A DNA stretch of 64,000 nucleotides from Candidatus Latescibacterota bacterium (GTDB lineage: Bacteria > Latescibacterota > UBA2968 > UBA8231). Position 1 is the stretch's first letter, and each line of letters begins with the position of its first letter. Shown here piece after piece: positions 55,904 to 64,000 of this stretch. The notes below the pieces were generated by a model, which was not told the origin of the DNA, searched no databases, and saw only the letters and a program-made list of their open reading frames with translations. The position numbers and the translations under genes were made by a program. Location: assembly GCA_965248355.1 (NCBI GenBank), contig OZ252098.1, forward strand, positions 320,001-384,000, written 5' to 3'.

Positions 55904-57073
55904 TGTCGCGTCCGACAAATGAGTTGTAAAAACAGAGTCAAGGCCTTATCTTCAGGCCATGGCCCGCCCGGTGTCCCGCCTTGAGTTGACCGCGTCCGAG
56001 CGACAGGAGTTGGAGCGTCGCGTCAGGGCCCCCTCCGCGTCCCAGCGCGACAGCCTGCGCGCGGCCATCGTCCTGCGCCGGGCCGAAGGGATCAAGCAGG
56101 TGCAGGTGGCCGCCGAGTTGGGCGCCAGTGTGGCGTGTGTGAACAAGTGGTCGCAACGCTTTGATCGCGAGGGTTTGGCGGGACTGAACGACGCCAAGGG
56201 CCGGGGCCGGCCGGCGAGCTTGCCGGCGGACAAGGTCGAGCAGGTCCTCACCGCGGTCACGCAGCCGCCGAAGCCGCGCACGCGCTGGAGCGTGCGCTCG
56301 ATGGCCCAGGCGGCGGGGATGTCGCCGGACAGCGTGCACCGGATCTGGAAGGCCAACGACATCAAGCCCCATTTGACCAAGACCTTCAAGGTCTCCACGG
56401 ACCCGCACTTCGAGGAAAAATTCTGGGACGTGATCGGGCTCTACCTGGATCCCCCCGAGCGCGCGCTGGTGCTGTGCTGTGACGAGAAGAGCCAGTGCCA
56501 GGCGCTGGAACGGACCCAGCCGGGCTTGCCGCTGGGGATCGGCGACATCCGCACCCGGACCCACGATTACAAGCGCCACGGTACGATCACCTTGTTCGCC
56601 GCGCTCAACTACCTCGACGGCAAGCTCATCGCGCGTCTGGAGGCGCGTCATACCCACGTCGAATGGCTCCGCTTTCTCAAGCAGATCGACCGCGAGACGC
56701 CCAAGAACCTGTCGCTGCACCTGATCGTGGACAACGCCGGCCCCCACAAGGAGGAGAGCGTGCAGCATTGGTTGTCTCGGCATCGGCGCTTCCATGTCCA
56801 TTTCACCCCCACCAGTTCCTCCTGGATGAACTTGGTCGAACGGTTCTTCGGCGAGCTGACGCAGGATGTGATTCGGGACGGCAGCTTTGCCAGCGTCGGG
56901 GAGTTGGTGCGCGACATCGAAGCCTACTTGGCGCAGCGGAACTTGGCCCCCAAACCCTACCGCTGGAAGGCCGACGGCGAGACCATCCTGCGCAAGATCC
57001 AGCGCGCTCGGGAGACGGTGGCGGCGACATCGGACAGCCCTTGTTGATTCTTCTTAATTCTCGGACGGGACAC
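55903..57073 (+). mobile_element. Intact IS630-family element
   Basis: IRs GTGTCGCGTCCGACAAATGAG and (reverse complement) GTGTCCCGTCCGAGAATTAAG, with TA duplicated at 55901-55902 and 57074-57075. Confidence 0.92.
55959..57047 (+). CDS. IS630 transposase
   Basis: CCDEKSQCQAL, HDYKRHGT, IVDN..HK and SSSWMNLVERFF. Confidence 0.95.
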   Translation: MARPVSRLELTASERQELERRVRAPSASQRDSLRAAIVLRRAEGIKQVQVAAELGASVACVNKWSQRFDREGLAGLNDAKGRGRPASLPADKVEQVLTAVTQPPKPRTRWSVRSMAQAAGMSPDSVHRIWKANDIKPHLTKTFKVSTDPHFEEKFWDVIGLYLDPPERALVLCCDEKSQCQALERTQPGLPLGIGDIRTRTHDYKRHGTITLFAALNYLDGKLIARLEARHTHVEWLRFLKQIDRETPKNLSLHLIVDNAGPHKEESVQHWLSRHRRFHVHFTPTSSSWMNLVERFFGELTQDVIRDGSFASVGELVRDIEAYLAQRNLAPKPYRWKADGETILRKIQRARETVAATSDSPC

Positions 57074-57101
57074 TAGGGGCCCGGGGTGGGCCCTTGCCCC
57101 C

Positions 57102-58385
57102 ATGAGCACAGCCACCCTCTTCGACGGACACTACCAGAAGCGCAAGGGCGCTCTCCTGGGGCGGATCCTCGAGCGACTGCGCTCGAGCTATTCCGCCGGG
57201 GAACTGGCGGCCCTGCGCATCGACCGCGTCAATCCGGCGATCCTGTCCCAGCGGTCGGGCCGCGGGTTCGTCAACCGGGATATTCTCGAGACGGTTCTCG
57301 GCAATCTGCTGGAGTGCGTGGCCCCCGGCTCGCACAACGCCCTGGAGCCCCGGCATCCGGTGGGCGACTTCACGGCTTCCATCGGCGAGGTGGCCGATCA
57401 GCTCTACGCCATGGTGGCGCAATCGCACTTGGCCGTCGGCGCCGACGAGGACCTCGAGGACCGGGCCCTGGCGGCCGCCTGCTCGGTCCTCTGGGAGCTG
57501 GTGGACCTGAAGCAGCGGGCCCAGTGGAACCGATTCGCTTCCTTGAAGGACCCGGCCGTCTGGGACGCCTACCTGCGCCGGGCCTGTGGCCTCGGGGAGG
57601 CGGACCTGGCGGAGCTGGACTTCGGCGCCCACATCGACCGTGCCATCACCGAGCGCGACCAGGCCTGCTACCGCGAGTTCCTCAACGGCCTGGAGTGCGA
57701 CCACGTCTTCGAGTACCAGATGCAGCTGGTCATGAGCACGTACCCGGGGTGGCGGGTCCTGTTCTATCACGATGTGGCCCATGCCCTGACGCGCAGCGGA
57801 CCCCTCGAGGGGGAGCCGCGCCTGGTGCGCGAGCCCGTGCCGCTGCTGCCACGGGCCATCGCCGAGCTGGGGGGCCGCTACTACCAGGCCGACATCCATC
57901 CCGAGACGCGCATCGGGGACGCCAATTTCCTCGACCATCCGCACCGCGGCCTGACCACCGGCCAGACCGGCGTCATCGGTTCCGGATGCCACTTCTATCC
58001 CTGCACCCTGGGCGGCCTGACCCGGCGCCTGCGCCGGCGCCATCCCGAGATCGGAGACTGCGTCTTCATCGGCACCGACGCCGACTTGTTCGGACCGGTG
58101 CGCATCGGAGACCACTCCGTCATCGGGCCGAGCGTGGAGATCTACGGTCTCGTCGAGACCGGCCCGAGGTGCCGGGTCAACGCCTCCGTCGTCATCGGCA
58201 CGGTGCGGGCGGGTGAGGACATGCCGGGGCGCATCCTGCTGGGCTCCGACGTGACCATCGGCGACGGAACGATCCTGGAGAACCGCCTCGAGACCGACCT
58301 GGTCATCCCCGACCACGCCGACATCCCCGCGCGCAGCCTGGTCGTAAACGACGGATTCGGCCATCCGAAGTTCGTCTCCCGGTAG
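57102..58385 (+). CDS. Serine O-acetyltransferase-like (CysE/LbH) protein with long N-terminal extension
   Basis: YPGW..YHDVAHAL, DIHPETRIG, FLDH, TLGG..RRHPEIGD and further hexapeptide repeats. Confidence 0.7.
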   Translation: MSTATLFDGHYQKRKGALLGRILERLRSSYSAGELAALRIDRVNPAILSQRSGRGFVNRDILETVLGNLLECVAPGSHNALEPRHPVGDFTASIGEVADQLYAMVAQSHLAVGADEDLEDRALAAACSVLWELVDLKQRAQWNRFASLKDPAVWDAYLRRACGLGEADLAELDFGAHIDRAITERDQACYREFLNGLECDHVFEYQMQLVMSTYPGWRVLFYHDVAHALTRSGPLEGEPRLVREPVPLLPRAIAELGGRYYQADIHPETRIGDANFLDHPHRGLTTGQTGVIGSGCHFYPCTLGGLTRRLRRRHPEIGDCVFIGTDADLFGPVRIGDHSVIGPSVEIYGLVETGPRCRVNASVVIGTVRAGEDMPGRILLGSDVTIGDGTILENRLETDLVIPDHADIPARSLVVNDGFGHPKFVSR

Positions 58386-58402
58386 GAACCGTCCGGGGTA
58401 CG

Positions 58403-58441
58403 CGAAAAGGGCCCGGCGCTGGGGGCGCCCGGCCCTTTTCG
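58403..58441. terminator. Bidirectional Rho-independent terminator
   Basis: CGAAAAGGGCCCGGCGC / GCGCCCGGCCCTTTTCG inverted repeat between convergent genes. Confidence 0.75.
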
Positions 58442-58693
58442 TTCCGGTCGGGGAGACCGCGGTGAGCTCTTGAAACCCGAACATCAGCCCCTTCCCGGGA
58501 AAGCCGGGGACGCCGGCCCGGAACAGGGAAGGTCGAGTGGTCGACGGTCTTCAGCGGCGGACCCGTGGTCCGTCGGTCGTCACATGGGGGGTGTTGCGAT
58601 GGAGAGGGATCTGCACTACCGGGGGGCACCTAACATACCGAGGATCCACTGGAGGCGCAATCCGGGCCAGCCTCCATGGTTCCCCTCAACGGA

Positions 58694-59644
58694 TCAGAAC
58701 CCGCATCTCTCCGCGGCCCTGAAGAATGGCTCGGTGACGTTCATGGCCCCGCGGAACACCAGGTCGCTGGTGAAGGGGTGAACGCAGATCAGCCTCGCGC
58801 CGTTGTCCATGGCGCGGACCATGTTGTCCTCGATCTCGCCGGGATCCTCCATGGAGCCGGAGCCGACGACGCGGCCCGTGTGGATGCCGCGCCGGGCTGC
58901 CGCGCGGAAGAGCGCGTCGATGGCCTGCTCCATCTCCGGGATCTCACCCTGGCGCAGGATGGCGTCGAAGGGTCCGACGAAGCCGCAGGCCTTGTTCCGG
59001 CCCTGGGCCTGCATCAGGTCCAGGACCCGGTCGCGGAGGTCCCGGTCGATGATGTACTCGGCCGTCTCGAACTGGATCCACCCCTGGGTCTCGGTCTCCT
59101 GGCCGCGCAGTGACTCCGGGGTGAAGGCGAACTTGCGATCGCCGTAGCGCACGGGATAGCCGCCGCGGTCGTCGCGCGTGGCCTCTCCCGGCGTGGGGAA
59201 GTTCACGGCCCGGAAGAACCTCTCGGCCTCCTCGAAGGTGGTCCCGTACGGCTTCATGGTCGCCCGCGCCCCCAGCTGAAAGACGTCGCCGTGGGCGCTG
59301 AAGGCCTCGCGGTGGAGGCGCTGCACCTGAAGGAGCCCCACCCGGCCCTCCATGGCGTTCTGCTGCCGTCCGTACCAGCCCTCCCTCTGGAGATGCTCGG
59401 CGTCGTTGACGATCCACGACAGGCCGGCGCGCGCCCAGGAGTGCACCTCGTCCTCGCGGACCTGGTACCAGGGGACGTCGTTGAAGATGCCCAGCAGGGG
59501 CGGGGTCTCCTCCACCGACCCGTGTTTGTCCAGGGACTCCTTCACCGGGTTGCGATTCGGGTTCATGGCAAAGGCATGGGCGCGGCGGGCGAACTCCTCC
59601 GTCGCCAGGGGACGCTGTCCCCCGAGGCAGTCCAGGGCGGTCAC
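58694..59644 (-). CDS. HpcH/HpaI aldolase/citrate lyase family protein
   Basis: NDAEH, WIQFETAE and FVGPFD; GTG at 59644 overlaps the upstream stop (GTGA). Confidence 0.65.
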   Translation of the reverse strand: MTALDCLGGQRPLATEEFARRAHAFAMNPNRNPVKESLDKHGSVEETPPLLGIFNDVPWYQVREDEVHSWARAGLSWIVNDAEHLQREGWYGRQQNAMEGRVGLLQVQRLHREAFSAHGDVFQLGARATMKPYGTTFEEAERFFRAVNFPTPGEATRDDRGGYPVRYGDRKFAFTPESLRGQETETQGWIQFETAEYIIDRDLRDRVLDLMQAQGRNKACGFVGPFDAILRQGEIPEMEQAIDALFRAAARRGIHTGRVVGSGSMEDPGEIEDNMVRAMDNGARLICVHPFTSDLVFRGAMNVTEPFFRAAERCGF

Positions 59645-60381
59645 GGTTTGTCTCCGGGTGAAGGGAGAGCGCCGCCGGCGGGGCAGGCATCCCGCAGGCA
59701 GCATCCCTCGCAAAGGGGCCGGGCCCTGCAGTGAGCCACGGCGTGGCGCACCAGCAGGGCGTGGTACTCGTTGTACAGCGCGGTGTCCTGCGGCAGGCCC
59801 GACTCGAGGTGCTCCTGCAATGGGTGGTAGGCGATGCCCTCCGGCACCCAGGCCAGGCGGGAGGCGATGCGCCGGGTGTAGGTGTCGATGACGAAAAAGG
59901 GACGGCCGGCGGCGTAGAGCAGGATGCTGTCCGCCGTCTCGGGGCCCACGCCGCGCCGGGCCAGCAACTCGGCGCGCAGCTCGGTGGCCGGCCGGGAGAG
60001 AAAGGGAGCGATCCGGCCGCCGCTTGCGGCTAGCAGATGGGCGGCCAGCTCCTGCAGATTGCGCGCCTTCTGGTTGAAGTAGCCGGCGCTGTGGATGGTG
60101 GCCGCCAGGTCGGACCGGGGCAGGGCGGCCATGCGCCGCAGGCTCAGGACTCGCCGCCGGATCAGCGCCGACAGGGCTGCGGAGGCATTTCGCCAGGCCG
60201 TGTTCTGCGCGAGGATGGAGCCGACGACGATCTCCCACTGCTGCCGCGGACCCGGCACGGTACCGGCGGTGCCGGGTCGGTACAGGGGGCGGATCCCCCC
60301 GCGCGCCGTGGTCGGCCACCAGCCCTGGGGGCCGTAGTGCCGGAGGAGCCGCTCGTAGGCTTGAAGGACGCTCAGTGCCAC
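59641..60381 (-). CDS. Endonuclease III-related HhH-GPD protein with 4Fe-4S motif
   Basis: YGPQGWWP, ILAQNTAW, GVGPETADSILLY, IDTYTRRI and C-x5-C-x2-C-x5-C. Confidence 0.85.
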   Translation of the reverse strand: MALSVLQAYERLLRHYGPQGWWPTTARGGIRPLYRPGTAGTVPGPRQQWEIVVGSILAQNTAWRNASAALSALIRRRVLSLRRMAALPRSDLAATIHSAGYFNQKARNLQELAAHLLAASGGRIAPFLSRPATELRAELLARRGVGPETADSILLYAAGRPFFVIDTYTRRIASRLAWVPEGIAYHPLQEHLESGLPQDTALYNEYHALLVRHAVAHCRARPLCEGCCLRDACPAGGALPSPGDKP

Positions 60382-60477
60382 GCGGGCAAGATGGCGGGCG
60401 CCTCTTGGCGGGTCAAGGCATGGGGCCTTACCCTTGGGCGCTCGCGTCAGGCGTGGTGAATCCAGAGGAGGCATGAG

Positions 60478-61575
60478 GTGACTCGACGTTATCGAGCTGC
60501 TGCGATCGGCCGCACCGGCCGGGGGAACTACGGCCACGGCCTGCATCTGGCCTACCGGGACCATCCGGCCGTCGACTTCGTGGCCGTCGCCGACCCCGAC
60601 GAGGAGGGCCGCGCAAAGGCGCAGGCGGAGACGGGGGCCGCCGAGGCCTACCCGGATTACCAAAGGATGCTGCAGGAGCAGTCCCCGGACCTCGTCAGCG
60701 TGTGCCCGCGATGGACCGACTGCCACCTGGAGATGGTCACCGCCTGCCTGGAGGCCGGGGCCCACGTCTACTGCGAGAAGCCGATGACGTGGAACCTGGC
60801 CGAGGGCGACGCCATCGTCGGCAAGGCCCGGGAGGTGGGGCGCAAGGTCGCCGTCGCCCACCAGGCCGTGTACCTGCCCCGCATCCAGGGCGTCCGCCGG
60901 ATCCTGCAGGAGGGCCGCATCGGTCAGCTGCAGGCGATCCACGCCCACGGCAAGCAGGATCGCCGCGGCGGCGGCGAGGACATGATCGTCCTGGGCACGC
61001 ACCTGTTCAACATGATGCGGTTCTTCGTCGGCGACGTGCGCTGGATGTCGGCGCAGGTCACGGCGGAGGGACGGGAGCTGGCCCCGGCCGACGTGCGCGA
61101 GGCGGGCGAGCCCGTGGGCCCGGTGGCCGGCGACTGTGTGAACTCGTACTTCGCATTCGAGTCGGGGGTGGCCGGGTTTTTCGACTCGCGCAAGGACCAG
61201 GCCGGCTCCAACCAGCGCTACGGCATGGAGATCGTCGGCAGCGAGGGTGTGATTTCGCTGCGCGGCGGCAGCGGCTCGGAGCTGATGATCTACCCCCATC
61301 CCGTCTTTCTCCCCGCCGCCGCCGACCAGGGCTGGAAGCCGTTGGAGGGACTGCCCGACGACCAACTGCCCAAGGGCAACCAGTGGGCTGTCGCCGACCT
61401 GATCGAGGCGGCCGAGGAAGACCGCGAGCCGCTGTCGAGCGCCGCCGACGCCGTGGCCGCGCTGGAGATGATCCTGGGCGCCTACGAGTCGCAGATCACC
61501 GGCGCCCGGGTGTCCATGCCGATGGCCAACCGCGAGCACCCCCTGGTCGCCTTCCGGGAGAGCCGCCTTCCGTGA
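60478..61575 (+). CDS. Gfo/Idh/MocA family oxidoreductase
   Basis: VAVADPD, HVYCEKP, LGTHLFN and EIVGSEG. Confidence 0.9.
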   Translation: MTRRYRAAAIGRTGRGNYGHGLHLAYRDHPAVDFVAVADPDEEGRAKAQAETGAAEAYPDYQRMLQEQSPDLVSVCPRWTDCHLEMVTACLEAGAHVYCEKPMTWNLAEGDAIVGKAREVGRKVAVAHQAVYLPRIQGVRRILQEGRIGQLQAIHAHGKQDRRGGGEDMIVLGTHLFNMMRFFVGDVRWMSAQVTAEGRELAPADVREAGEPVGPVAGDCVNSYFAFESGVAGFFDSRKDQAGSNQRYGMEIVGSEGVISLRGGSGSELMIYPHPVFLPAAADQGWKPLEGLPDDQLPKGNQWAVADLIEAAEEDREPLSSAADAVAALEMILGAYESQITGARVSMPMANREHPLVAFRESRLP

Positions 61576-63029
61576 GCGAGTCCCGGCTCGTTCCGCACGA
61601 AGTCATCCCCTGCGACCAACTGCCCGCGGCCCTCTACCGGGACCTGCCGGAGGCGCCTTCGTGGCGCAAGCTTGTCGGGCCCAGCGTCCTGCTCCTCGGC
61701 CTCTCCCTCGGCAGCGGGGAGTTCGTCCTCTGGCCCTACATCACCTACCGCTTCGGATTCGTCGCCTTCTGGGCCTGCATGGTGGGAGTCACGACCCAGT
61801 ACTTCATCAACATGGAGATCGAGCGCTGGACCCTGGCCACGGGAGAGTCGGCGATCACCGGGTTCTGCCGCCTGTGGAAAGGATGGGCGGCCGTCTTCCT
61901 CGCCTGCAACGTCATCCCCTGGATGTGGCCGGGCTGGGCCGCGGGCGCGGCGACCCTGCTCACCTGGGAGATCGGCGGGGGCGAGGCGGCGCGGACCCTG
62001 TTCGCCATCCTCAGCCTGTTGGCCATCGGTGCGGCCCTGACCCTCGGCCCCGTGGTCTACAACACGGTGGAGCGGCTTCAGAAGGTCCTGGTGGCCTTCA
62101 TCTTCCTCTTCATGGTGATCCTGTTCTTCCTGGTGGTGGACCTCGTCCACGTGGGGGAGATGGCGCGGGGCATCGCCAACGTGGGCCATATCCCCGACGG
62201 CATGGAGCTGCCCCTCCTGCTCGGAGCCCTGGCCTTCGCCGGAGCCGGCGGCACCATGAACCTCGTGCAGAGCAACTACGTGCGCGAGAAGGGATTCGCC
62301 ATGGGCCGCTTCGCCGGCCGCCTGACGAGTCCCCTCACCGGCCGCACCGAGGTGGTGGCCGACATCGGGTCCCATTTCGAGCACGGCCCCGAGAATCTGC
62401 GCCGCTGGAAGGATTGGTGGCGCGCGGCCAACCGCGAGCACCTTCTCAACTTCTATCTGCTGTCGGTGCTGTCCCTGATGATGCTGTCGCTGATCGCTTA
62501 CGCCAGCACCCAGGGGGCACCCGGACTGGACAAGGGTTTCGGCTTCATCCGCGCCGAGGGGCGATTCATCGGCGACCGCTACGGGTCGTGGATGCAGCAC
62601 GGCTTTCACTGGATGGGGATCGCCATCCTGCTGACGACCGAGTTGGGGCTCCTCGACGCCTGCGCCCGCATCTCGACGGACATCATCAAGGTCAACTGGC
62701 TGCGCGACAGCGAGGTCTGGACCGACAGCCGCCTCTACTTCCTGCTGCTGTGGGCCCAGATCCTGCTCGGCTGCGCCATACTGCTCGCGGGGCTGGTCGT
62801 GCCCGGCCTGACGCAGCCCCTGGTGCTCCTCGTGCTGAGCGCTTCCCTGAACGGCGGCGTGATGCTGATCTACTCGCTGCTGCTCCTGTGGATGAACAGC
62901 CGCGTTCTGGGCGGCCGCCTGCGCACCCCCGTGCTGCGGTTCCTGGCGATGGTGTGGGCCAGCGCCTTCTTCGGCTACTTCACCATCGTCACTCTGGGCA
63001 ACGAGCTGCCAAAGCTCTTTGGCGAGTGA
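61572..63029 (+). CDS. Nramp-like (APC-fold) membrane transporter
   Basis: GPSVLLLGLSLGSGEFVLWP, ERWTLATGES, AFAGAGG and about 11 TM segments; GTG overlaps the upstream stop. Confidence 0.8.
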   Translation: MSESRLVPHEVIPCDQLPAALYRDLPEAPSWRKLVGPSVLLLGLSLGSGEFVLWPYITYRFGFVAFWACMVGVTTQYFINMEIERWTLATGESAITGFCRLWKGWAAVFLACNVIPWMWPGWAAGAATLLTWEIGGGEAARTLFAILSLLAIGAALTLGPVVYNTVERLQKVLVAFIFLFMVILFFLVVDLVHVGEMARGIANVGHIPDGMELPLLLGALAFAGAGGTMNLVQSNYVREKGFAMGRFAGRLTSPLTGRTEVVADIGSHFEHGPENLRRWKDWWRAANREHLLNFYLLSVLSLMMLSLIAYASTQGAPGLDKGFGFIRAEGRFIGDRYGSWMQHGFHWMGIAILLTTELGLLDACARISTDIIKVNWLRDSEVWTDSRLYFLLLWAQILLGCAILLAGLVVPGLTQPLVLLVLSASLNGGVMLIYSLLLLWMNSRVLGGRLRTPVLRFLAMVWASAFFGYFTIVTLGNELPKLFGE

Positions 63030-63054
63030 CGCAACCGGGCGGGGCCCCACTTTC

Positions 63055-63083
63055 TTGACATCCCCCCGGGTTCCGTCTATAAT
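63055..63083 (+). promoter_or_regulatory. Perfect-consensus sigma70 promoter TTGACA-N17-TATAAT
   Basis: TTGACA at 63055-63060 and TATAAT at 63078-63083. Confidence 0.9.
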
Positions 63084-63133
63084 TGCGCGCCTTGTACAGT
63101 TCTTCAGCCAGATACCGACTCTCCGGCCTTCCC

Positions 63134-63268
63134 ATGAGTATCGCACCGAGCGCCGTGAACCCACCGCCCTTCTCGATCATCCGGTTCGGCCTCCCCCTGC
63201 GCTCCCTGCCGCCCATCCTGCTCCGCCGCCTGATTCCCGGCCTCGTCCTTACCGGGCCGATCGAATAG
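63134..63268 (+). CDS. Putative ilv leader peptide (44 aa)
   Basis: MSIAPSAVNPPPFSIIRFGLPLRSLPPILLRRLIPGLVLTGPIE; 16 of 44 residues are Ile/Leu/Val; lies between the promoter and ilvC. Confidence 0.65.
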   Translation: MSIAPSAVNPPPFSIIRFGLPLRSLPPILLRRLIPGLVLTGPIE

Positions 63269-63426
63269 GCTCCGCCGCTTCCTTCTCACGCATTTCAATC
63301 GAAGACGCCGGACGGAGCCTCTGAAGCGACTTTCACGGGCGGTGACGGAGTTGTGTTCACTCCGGTGACCCCCACACCTGCGGCCGTGGCCGCCGCCCCG
63401 TTCCCCGGGGCAAGGAGAGCATCCCG

Positions 63427-64000
63427 ATGCAGATGTACTACGACGACGACGCCAATCTCGAGCTGCTGAGCGACAGGACGGTCGCCGTCATCGGCTACGG
63501 CAGCCAGGGACACGCCCATTCCCTCAACCTGATGGAAAGCGGCGTCGCCGTCGTCGTCGGTCTCCGCGAGGGGAGCGCCCGCCGGGCCGAGGCCGAGGGG
63601 GCTGGACTGAGGGTGGCCACCGTGGCCGAGGCCGCCCGGGCGGGCGACGTGATCATGGTGCTCATCAACGACGAGGTACAGCGCAGCGTCTACGAGGCGG
63701 ACATCCGTCCGAACCTGGAGGCCGGCAACGCCCTGGCCTTCGCCCACGGCTTCAACATCCACTTCGGCCAAGTCGTGCCGCCGGCCGAGGTGGACGTGTT
63801 CATGGTCGCCCCCAAGGGGCCGGGACACCTCGTGCGGCGGGTGTACAGCGAGGGCGGCGGCGTTCCGGGTCTGCTCGCCGTCGAGCAGGACGCCACCGGC
63901 CGCGCCCACGACATCGGCCTGGCCTACGCCAAGGCCATCGGATGCACCCGCGGCGGCGTCATCCAGACGACCTTCCGCGAAGAGACCGAGACCGACCTCT
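63427..64000 (+). CDS. ilvC: Ketol-acid reductoisomerase, 3'-truncated by window edge
   Basis: [42 protein letters not shown] and [10 protein letters not shown]. Confidence 0.95.
   Translation, partial: MQMYYDDDANLELLSDRTVAVIGYGSQGHAHSLNLMESGVAVVVGLREGSARRAEAEGAGLRVATVAEAARAGDVIMVLINDEVQRSVYEADIRPNLEAGNALAFAHGFNIHFGQVVPPAEVDVFMVAPKGPGHLVRRVYSEGGGVPGLLAVEQDATGRAHDIGLAYAKAIGCTRGGVIQTTFREETETDL

Noticed and set aside
58460-58495. Resemblance of GATGTTCGGGTTTCAAGAG (minus strand) to 6S RNA or a SAM riboswitch
   Set aside because: Only a short word match; I could not identify the required long rod or the riboswitch core motifs.

Overview
This is a high-GC bacterial chromosomal window. The gene repertoire (FlgD-Ig/CHU-type C-terminal domains, WGxxK-tailed secreted proteins, a DUF6785-like membrane protein, an ASPIC/UnbV protein) suggests an FCB-group candidate phylum such as Latescibacterota; this is inference only. 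From left to right it contains: a lower-GC AAA ATPase + DUF4276 pair; xerD-uvrC-rlmI-HD hydrolase (minus strand); a long ndk-yceD-rpmF-fabHDG-acpP-fabF-rnc-lipoyl ligase-oppDF-PPIase-dehydrogenase-NAD kinase run, interrupted by a nested IS630::IS256 and ending in two decayed epimerase genes; prpD, a GT-C/TPR protein, a DUF6785-like protein and catabolic enzymes; a ~16.5 kb minus-strand cell-envelope locus; a pentapeptide/ion-channel-like protein, an FG-GAP protein, phosphoesterases, rhaM, an intact IS630, a CysE-like protein, an aldolase, an EndoIII-like protein, an oxidoreductase, an Nramp-like transporter; and the start of ilvC behind a perfect sigma70 promoter and an Ile/Leu/Val-rich leader peptide. 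The envelope locus holds three paralogous discoidin-like + FlgD-Ig secreted proteins, two paralogous ~950-1000 aa Asp-rich putative beta-barrel proteins, a lipoprotein PPIase and a tandem-duplicated secreted protein. It is the best candidate for an undescribed system. I saw no rRNA, tRNA or CRISPR array.
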